Assembly: GCA_000165425.1 (NCBI GenBank) | Contig: CT868673.1 | Span: forward strand, 124,001 to 154,119 | Origin: Paramecium tetraurelia | Lineage: Eukaryota | Reading direction: 5' to 3' | Length of the DNA stretch: 30,119 nt | Shown: piece after piece, positions 21,267 to 30,119 of the stretch | How the letters are laid out: each line of letters opens with the position of its first letter | Numbering within the stretch: the first letter of the stretch is position 1 | The notes under the pieces: generated by a model | What the model saw: only the letters and a program-made list of their open reading frames with translations | Database searches by the model: none | Told to the model about the DNA's origin: nothing | Position numbers and translations under genes: made by a program

Positions 21267-22983
21267 ATGGCATTATTTTGTTCGTGCTTTAGGAAAATGA
21301 GGAGCAATCTTAAGATGAGATCATAAATTTTATTAATAAATGCAATTATATTTACATTTACTCTTTGTATGCTACTGATAGCCTACATTTTAAATAGGGG
21401 ATAATCGCTATCTATTCTAAATATATCATCCCAAACTTTAATGATCGATGAATTACAAAACCTACTAAATACTGCTTCAAATCTAATTGAATTTTAGATT
21501 CGATTCTTTTATTCAAGAAGTAATTTATATAAATCAATAGTAGCTTAAATTACACTAACCAAGTTGAACATTTTAAATTAAATTATATACAATACGGATT
21601 ATCAATCCCTCGAAAGCCCTTAGTTATGCCCTTAAAATGCCTCTTTCTTCGATCCCAATCACGATTACCCCCTTTCATGCATAATTTATCAAACTCTAAA
21701 TGATGATACCTCTTACTATAATTCAACATAGGACTATTAATTAAGAAATTTGACCCATTTATTCAATGAAATGATATTAACTATTGATTTAACAGGAGAA
21801 TTTATCCCTAACGATTTGTTTATGGTATCAGACAGCAATCCGAACTAGTTTTCCTTCTATTATCCTCAGTGGATCAAATATAAGACGTTTAGGCCTAAGT
21901 AAAGATCATGGTATTAGTCACATTTTGCAAATCTTAAATTGAATCCTAATAACCATACGCAATTATCTGAGATATATAAGTATTTTAATGATAGCGATGT
22001 TTATTCAATGACAATGACCTAGTCTTTTTTCAATAAGACTAAGTAAGTAGATGGTTTATTCGCAGCTGATATTTATCTATAGAATGCATATTTCAATACT
22101 AGTAATTTGAATATGATGATTGTAAATTATGATGGAAAGTTAATTTTATCAAATTATAAAAATTATCTTTTGGCTAATTCAACCAAATATGAGTCATTTG
22201 ATGATGAAAAAACAACTGGTTTTAATAAGTCTGATTGGTTGGCAGTTTTGAATTTTATCAATCATAACATAAAGGAAAGTACTTGTTCGTCAAATTATAA
22301 TACTCAAAATTAGCTTTGTCTTTATAACTCAGCCTATTAATCCGATGTTTTCATTTCTGCTAAATAAATTAAGGGTTTGGACTATTATTTGATTGTATTT
22401 AACAATATCCAAGATTAAACAACTTTAATCTAAATGATGAATTCTTTGATGGAGACAATATAGTAGTAATTTGCTTAATAAATAATCATAATTGGATTGA
22501 TTTGTTGTGCATTTACAATTTTATCATTTCTTCTAATTTACTTAATTTGTAGGCCTATGTTTAAATTGATTAAGTTATCTAATAGTTATATCAATTCTCA
22601 TATGGTTAGTAAGTCCTTTAGAGATTAACAACTGAAGAGGGTTTGGAACAACTAAGAGAAATTTAATAGCTTTATGAAGAATTAGGTGCTGAATCACAAT
22701 CCTTAGAAGACCAGTAGTAAGATATTTGATTAACTTAGATAACTTAATGATTTAATTGATTTAACTCTTTTAGCGATTGTTTGATAGAATTTTTGATCAA
22801 CAAAACAAAAAAAGCGAATAGTGTTTTATTATTCAATCTTTCAATTATCCTAAGACTCAACAACGAGATATGAATATATCTTAATTGATTAAGGAGCGTA
22901 AGTTTGAGGAGGTGAGTTCAGATGAGTTTAACTTGTTTTTGAGTTACACTTTGAAATAATTAAAAAGATAGTTCTCTTTATGA
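21267..22983 (+). CDS. Two-TM membrane protein with a dCache-like extracellular domain
   Basis: TM1 (ILLINAIIFTFTLCMLLIAYIL); Cache-like motifs FRPKQRSWY, DGLFAADI, MMIVNYDGKLI; TM2 (IIIIGLICCAFTILSFLLIYLI) followed by RP. 22-nt intron 22717-22738 restores the frame to the TGA at 22981. Confidence 0.72.
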
Positions 22984-23198
22984 TTTTTCTAATATTTATG
23001 TATTTTTATTATAATATTTTTTAAAAAGTATCAAAATTTTATTTTAAGCTAATAAATCAAAAGATTGAAATTCTCTAATTAATGAGCTTTACCTTTTGAT
23101 AATATGAACTGTTTATTTTTTTTATCATAGTATTTCTAAGTATTAAAAAGTCATACTTAATGCTTTAAGTGAAGTGGCAAAGTACATGATCAAAAAGC

Positions 23199-24697
23199 AT
23201 GAATTTGTTGATTTCAATGTAATAAATTTTAATATTAAAGTGAAAGTATCATGATTAAAGACACGAAATTGTCAACAAAGTCTATATTTTGTGATGATGG
23301 AGATGTTTAGTGGCAATCTAATTCGTCCAAGGAACTTAGCAATACATTAACAGGACTATTCCACATTTACAAGGAGGAGAAGAGTCATTATAAACTTTTG
23401 GAAGTCTCCTTTAGCAGACCTTATCTCATGAAATAGTCTAGAAAATAAGTATTTAATTATTTAAACGTTAGGGTTCCAAAGTTCTTGATATCACTAATGC
23501 TGTAGTAGAGAAGGTGCATAATAATATAGTTGGAGAAGGATTAATAGTTTAAAAAAATAACCTAAAGTTCTTCATGTATGGCCAGGTCGATAAATGGTTA
23601 GACGCAATGTAAGACCTCTGCATTTAAGTTAATTTTCATGAGGATTATTTTTTATACAGATTAATTTCCAATAGTTAGCAGTCTAAGGTATCAAAGTTAT
23701 ATTATGGCAGGTGTACTTTGCAGAAGATAGGAACACCAAAATTGATTATGCAATCAAAGTATTTGAAAAGAATTAATTTGATGAAGAAATTGGGCCAAAG
23801 GCTTTGAAACAAGAAATAGAAATTCTCAGACTTCTGAAAAATGAGCATTTTACAAAACTATTGAAAATTTACGAAGGAGATTAGGCAGTTTATTTGGTAT
23901 TCGAACAGTAAAAGGGAGGTGACTTATAGAGATTTCTAAAGGAAAATGAAAATTCTTTAACAGAAAAAACAGCATTTCAAGCTATTAAATAATTGTTATA
24001 GGGAATAAATCTGATGCATACTCTCAATTATATGCATCGTGATTTAAAGCCTGAAAACATATTGTTAAAAAACAAGGATTCTTTGGAAGAACTAATTATA
24101 AGTGATTTGGGTTTGGCAGAAAGAGTCAATAACGAGTAAAAACCATTATTCACCCTTTGTGGTACTCCTGGGTATGTAGGTCCTGAGGTTCTCAAGAAAC
24201 AGCCCTATGATTAAAAGGTCGATATTTATGGCATAGGGATAATCCTATATACCTTGCTCACAGGCAAAAATCCCTTTTAGTCTATTTTAAAGGATGAAAT
24301 TCTTGAGTTGAATATGATCGGATATGTCAATATAGACAAGGTAAATTGCTCTGAACTTGGCAGAGATTTACTGAAACAATTATTGCAGTTATCTCCAAAT
24401 CGAAGACCAACTGCTCAGCAAGCATTGAGACACTAGTATTTTCAAAATTAATCTGAAGAAAAAGTACTTCCAAAATAAAGCATTATTATCTCAAAATCTA
24501 AGGTCAATTCTATTCATAGTGAATAGCTCTCTCCACTAACCCCTAATCTCAATTTTGATAAATATAAAGCACCTCAAAGTATGAATATAATATCATATTA
24601 AGTTCAACCATAATATTTAAGATAAGCCACTCCCAAATTGGATATTCATCAAAAAAATACTACAAACTTAATGAAGAAATTCAGAAGACCTTCATGA
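23199..24697 (+). CDS. CAMK-like Ser/Thr kinase with an N-terminal PH-like region
   Basis: YAIK, HRDLKPEN, DLG, CGTPGYVGPE, DIYGIG. Short introns near 23449 and 23688. Start at 23199 (through a 22-nt intron) or at 23251. Confidence 0.88.
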
Positions 24698-24889
24698 ATT
24701 GAAATTTCATTATTTAATATACAATTTATTTTATTGCGTATTAATTTAATACTGATCAATGATTCATTCTTAATTATAATATAAATATATATTATAAAAT
24801 TTTAATAATTTAGAAGAAATTTTTATTATAAAAGATTCCTAATTTTCTATAAATATTAAAAGTGTTAAAAGATATTAATAATTTTAATT

Positions 24890-26255
24890 ATGATAATGAT
24901 TCACTATCTCAGAGGATATGCATTTTCGGTTAGGTAGGTTCATTCTTAAATTGCAATTATCGGAGGAGGAACAGCTGGGTTAAATGTGGCAGCCCAATTA
25001 ATAGCAGATGGACATGCAATTCCATAATAAATTAGAATCTTCGAACCTATGAAAATGCACACTTATTAACCAGGATGGACAATGGTTGGTATGCTATAAA
25101 TATTAAAAAAAGGTGGTGGTTTGTATGACATCAACAAAACTCTCAAACCGATGGAAAAGGTTTTACCAAAAAATGTGATTGTTTCAGATAGTCCTGTTAT
25201 TAAGATAAATCCTGAATAAAATTAAATAGAGACATTTGATGGAGAGAAATATACATATGATTAGTTGGTAGTGGCCACAGGTATACGAACAGATTTTGAT
25301 TAGATTAAAGGTATAATTAAAATAAAACAATTTTAGGAGCAAGAAAGTAATTAGAAGACCCTAATTCTCCAGTGGCTTCAATCTATCATTATAAATATGC
25401 TTCAAAAATGAATAGGTTAGTTGATGAATTTGAGGGTGGCAAACTTGTCTTTTCTGAACCTTAAATGCCAATTAAATGTGGAGGGGCTCCATAGAAGATA
25501 GTGTATTTGTCTCATGACAGACTCAGGAAAAGAGGAATTAAGTCTGACATTCATTTCTATAAAACCGCTGCTCTAATTTTTGGTGTACCTAAGTATGCTG
25601 AAATATTGACAGATGTGTGCTAGAGAAAATAAATTAATTGTCATTTCAAATAAAGATTGGTTGAAGTCCAAGATCACGTAGCTATTTTTGAAGACTAAGA
25701 CACCAAGGAGTTGAAGTCGGTGACATTCGACCTCTTGCACTTAGTACCACCTTAAGTATGTGATACAATTTAATGTTAGGTGCCAGCACAATTTATAGCT
25801 GCTAGTGGATTAGGCGATGCTGCTGGATTTTGTAATGTGCATCCAAATACCTTATAGCATATGAAATATAAAAATATTTGGTCATTGGGAGACTGCTCAT
25901 CCTTGCCTACTTCCAAGACTGCTGCAGCTGTTATGGCCTAGACACCTATTTTAGTGAAGAATTTGATCAGAACATGGAAGTAGGGATTAGAGCCCATTCC
26001 TGAATATCAAGGTATAAAATTAAGTAATTCTTAGGCTACACCTCATGCCCAATATTTACTAGTCAAAGTACTTTACTTTTGGCTGAATTCAAATACAATT
26101 CTGAGTTGGATGAGACATTCCCAATATTTTAATCGAATGAAAGTCGATTGATGTTTTATTTAAAAAAGGATTTCTTCCCTTTTGCTTATTGGTATTTCAT
26201 GGTTAAAGGATTGTGGGGTGGAAGAGACGGATTTAGATTTTTTAAAGGAGCTTGA
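24890..26255 (+). CDS. SQOR: Sulfide:quinone oxidoreductase, mitochondrial type
   Basis: IIGGGTAG, YQPGWTMVG^GG, PIKCGGAPQK, HLVPP, GDCSSLPTSKTAAA, YQG^YTSCP (both catalytic Cys present). Introns 25089-25112, 25311-25336, 25756-25779, 26012-26034. Confidence 0.95.
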
Positions 26256-26298
26256 ATGTGATATTTAATCTAATTATTAAATTTACATAATTTTAGAA

Positions 26299-27696
26299 AT
26301 GTCGATGATTTCATAGAGCATTCAACTCTAAAAAAACAGACCCAAAGAATTAGACATTTCTTCACTTTATAGTGAAGGTAACAAATCTTCGCATTGCAGT
26401 AATAATGTAATTCACTATTATACTCAGTTAGAAAATGCATCCAAGATCATTTCACCACTTTAGTCGATGTCTAATTCACTTCTCAAGGAACCTACTAAAT
26501 ATGATTGTCAAAATTAAGAATAAATTTAAGGATTGACAGGATCCAAATATTTATCGATTCATCCTACTAACCTTGAAAACGTAATGAATATCAATGGATT
26601 CGAACCTAAACTACTATATGAAATGGTCAAGCCAGTTATCGACACAAAAATTATATAAACAATATAAACAATTTCAGACGAAGAACATTAAACTCTAAAT
26701 TTAGATCAAATTAACGTATAGCTTACTGAAATTGAACAAGACATTCCAAATACAAGTGTTAATTAAATATTGGCATCTTTAAATATCATTTATGAAAAAT
26801 TATCAGAATCAATTAGTTATAATATTGAAAATGAATTACCATATCAGAAACATATAGTTTATTAACTTAGAGTCTCCGTGATATAATCTAAAGTCTATAA
26901 ATTTATGGGAGATTATAGAGCTGCCATTCATTGGCTATAAAGAGTTCGAGACAATTACCAAGTTTTTGATCCTGACTTTGCTGGCAAACTAATGCTTGAA
27001 CTATCCAAACTATATTTTCTCAACTTTTAAATTACCGAATCATGGGAAATCCTGAATTAAGCTTTATTGCATTACGAAAAGATATAATGGAAGGGTGAAA
27101 TTGCAAGAACCTTGCTTCTGTAGGCCCGTATGTGTTCTTGGATGAGTATTATTATTATTCACCCTAATTCTAGACAACTTTGATCTGGCAACAAAGTTAG
27201 CTTATGGAGCCATTTCCCTGCTCAGAGAAGCCTACATAAACGATGAAACCAAATTGGATTAGGCCTACTTTATCTTGGCTGAATGTCATTATGTATCGAA
27301 GAAATATGAAACATCAAAGGAGTTCGTCATTAAAGTGCTACAATTAAAACTATAAACAGGCACCTCAGAGGATCATCCTTCATTTCTTGAAACGTATAAT
27401 TTATTAGGGTTGATCCACTCTCAAATATATGATCTTAAAGCGGCTTATTATTATTTTTGCCTAGCCTACAAATGTATTAAGTAAATCTTTAATGTCATAT
27501 TGATAATAGTTCCAATTCTATATATAAAGGGTAGATTTTAAACAATATTTCTGTAATATAAAAATATCTTGGGTAAATGGATTTAGCAGGAAGATGCCAA
27601 AATGTAGCAAATGAAATTTATGGTAAATTTTTATCAGAAAATCATCAACTCTTCAAGAGATTAGTGCTTAATTCCATAATTGAATCTCCACATTGA
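26299..27696 (+). CDS. TPR-repeat protein (kinesin-light-chain-like repeats)
   Basis: Ser-rich N-terminus, then helical repeats (AYFILAECHY, EDHPSFLETYNLLGLIH, ILNNISVIQKYLG, SENHQLFKRL). Short introns near 27146 and 27481. Confidence 0.78.
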
Positions 27697-27782
27697 TTAT
27701 AATTATTTATTTAAACTAACTAAATTGATTATAATTTCATATATAAAAATAAGAAAATATAACTCAGATTTTATAGAATAAA

Positions 27783-29069
27783 TCAATATGTCAAGAAGTG
27801 CATAAACTTCTCTTTGTTTTCAAATGTTGTTGTTGTTGGTCTCCCTAAGTCTTTTCTGACTCCTGGTTTGATCAAGATCTCCATAAGAATGGGACCATCA
27901 GTTCGATTTAACTATCAAATATGAATCAAATAATTATACTCTCTCCATCCCTTTGGTAATTTCTTCTTTCGTTTCAACTTGGAAAGCATCCTTATACCCA
28001 CATCCAAGTGCAATTTGAGTAAAATTAACCTAAGGATTACTCGTAGGTTAAGCACCAACGGAATCATGAGCTTGATTGTTGAATAGAATGTGTTTATAAT
28101 TTTTTGGACCTATATTACCTATTTGAGCCATTGCACCCAGATGCATTAACATGGCTCCATCTCCATCTAAACAAAAAACTTGTCTACTCTTCTTGACTTA
28201 TGCAATTCCTAGAGCAATACTTGATGCATGTCCCATTGATCCTACTGTTAGAAAGTCCTATTCTCCTGTTTAATTGAGACGTTGTCTTAATTCAAAGAGT
28301 TCCCTACTTAGAAACCCTGTTGTACTAACACAAACATCAAGGGGACGACTATTTTAAATAACTTCGGTTAAAGCTTCTTCCCTAGTTAATTGATAATTAT
28401 TTTTGGCCACATTCTTCAACTTATAATTGGTAAAGCATTATCTCTTAACAAGTAAAGCATAAGGTCCATTTCTATGATATAAATATAGAATTACCTAGTT
28501 TTCATAGAATAGAAGGCTGTATCAAGAACCTCGGCAGCTCCTTCAATATAATCTGGTAATACATCGTATTGCATTCCCATTTCAGTAAGAATACCATTCA
28601 TTCTCTTGCCTTAGACTAAATGTTGGGGCTCATCCTTTTTCCCTGGCTCTCCTCTCCACCCAATTAAATACAACATAGGAATTCCATAAACTTTTGGATG
28701 AGCTAATGACATGTAAGGATTCACAATATTCCCCAAACCACTATTTTGTAAATACACACAGGGAATCTTTTTAGTAGCCAAATAATATCCAGCAGCCATG
28801 GAGACTGCAGTACCTTCATTTGCAGTAATTATGTGTTATCCTGGTGGAGCATTGTCCTTATAAATAGATGGGATTGATACTTAGACATAAGCACAGAAGT
28901 CTTTTAATAAAGAATCAGGAACTCCTGCATAAAATGAAACTCCATGTTTTGACAATTCTTAGTAAAACTCAGCAGGTTCGAGGAAATCCCTTTGTAATTC
29001 AAGATAAGGTGGTTCAATGGGTTCCCTTGATTTGGTAAATAATCTCCTTGTGAGTTAGCGGCAAAACAT
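27783..29069 (-). CDS. ppd: Phosphonopyruvate decarboxylase (ThDP-dependent; 2-aminoethylphosphonate biosynthesis)
   Basis: [62 protein letters not shown], ThDP motif [11 protein letters not shown]...[10 protein letters not shown]-terminal LGRP. Three introns, including 28857-28880. Confidence 0.95.
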
Positions 29070-29089
29070 ATTTTGTAATAATATTTTAA

Positions 29090-30119
29090 TCAAATAAATC
29101 TAGTAAATGCTCTAGTGAATCTTCTATCTTTTTTAAAATGCTAGATGATATATTCCGCATTGTATTTTGGATAGTAATTCTTGAAGGAACATTTTGTGTC
29201 TATTTCTATGAGTGCTTGCTTCTTCTTTTGTTCTAATCTATTTACAATTTCATTGACAATGTCGAATTCATGATTGATATCTTATTCACTGATCTGACTT
29301 TGTGTATCTTGCATGAAATCAACACTAAAGGATTTGCTGAGTTATTCAATTTCCTCCTGATCATATACAAATGACAAATCTTATTTGACTTATTCTTAAG
29401 CCCTCTAAATCTTTCTTAAATTTAGATTATCTTTTCGAACATTGTTTCTTTTGAATGGTTATCTTTCCTGTTGATTTTTCATGATTCTGCTAATTAAGAA
29501 TATCTTATTAGGATAGTAATGCGATTTTGGACAATCGTTAGCTAGGTGACTACTCGATTAACAGCAGAAACAACTGAGATTGATCAAATTGTACTATCCG
29601 AATAAGATTTAATCTCTGAGTTAGCAGAAGTATTGAAAGTCTAATGGGAACTACTATAATAACTAAATAAATTCCATTCTTTTAAGTTTATACAATTATG
29701 AAATCGATGTGCTTTTAGCTGACAGGGTTCTTGAATTCCCTGTTAAGAATCCTAATTCTCCAAACATTGAATCTTACTCTGCCTCATAAAAACTCATATC
29801 TTATTCTTCGAATTATAGAAACAATTGAATATGTCCTATGCTAACGCAATAGAGACAATCATCGTCGTTATTTCCATTCAAACTGCATAAGTTTTATTTA
29901 AAAACTATTTCACCATCGCAATACATCTATTCACTAATAAGATAGGCAATTTTCTTTTGAAAGCTTTTAATTTATTATTAATTTCAATACTCTAAAGAAA
30001 ATTGACTGGACCAGAAGGTTCTTTTGAATATCAAACCATATGATTACATTATAACTTCATCCTTTAATTAAGGTCCCAATTAATTAATTATTTCAATCTA
30101 TTCATTAAAATCTCTAACA
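29090..30119 (-). CDS. 3' part of a cyclic-nucleotide-binding (CNBD) protein with a CCHC zinc knuckle, typical of the tail of ciliate EAG/CNG-like K+ channels; 5' end is outside the window
   Basis: C-linker-like IINQLGPQLKDEV, CNBD FGELGFLTGNSRTLSAKS, then CFCCQSSSHLANDCP. One 27-nt intron near 29954-29980 containing an in-frame TGA. Confidence 0.82.

Noticed and set aside
2283..29069. 2OG oxygenase plus Ppd as a phosphonate-tailoring gene cluster
   Set aside because: About 24 kb apart with unrelated genes between. The oxygenase is IPNS-like rather than PhnY/PhyH-like, and no PEP mutase is present.
1..30119. CRISPR arrays, tRNA/rRNA genes, transposases, telomeric repeats, prokaryotic operons or defence systems
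   Set aside because: None seen. The sequence is intron-containing eukaryotic DNA throughout.

Overview
Gene-dense, very AT-rich ciliate DNA, almost certainly Paramecium somatic (macronuclear)-type sequence. TAA/TAG read as Gln (translation table 6), TGA is the only stop, and genes carry tiny (about 21-29 nt) GT..AG introns, so the supplied standard-code ORF track shows only fragments. Re-read by hand, the window holds about 20 genes: RPS12, an Enhancer-of-polycomb-like gene, a 2OG-Fe(II) oxygenase, a decayed Arc1p/AIMP1-type tRNA-binding pseudogene, three protein kinases, a Cys-less UBC-like protein, VAC14, an FMC1-like LYR protein, an LRR-ankyrin protein, two tandem TTLL ligases, a dCache-type membrane protein, sulfide:quinone oxidoreductase, a TPR protein, phosphonopyruvate decarboxylase, and the 3' end of a cyclic-nucleotide-binding channel-type gene. 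Best leads: (1) the EPL1-like gene is split at a TTT-TGA shifty-stop site that needs a +1 frame change; (2) an IES-like element with one mismatched end sits in an oversized intron of the pseudogene; (3) a frameshift may be rescued by a shifted splice donor; (4) the phosphonate-biosynthesis enzyme appears to carry a mitochondrial presequence; (5) some intergenic spacers are only 20-28 bp. All family calls come from motif recognition; no database searches were run.
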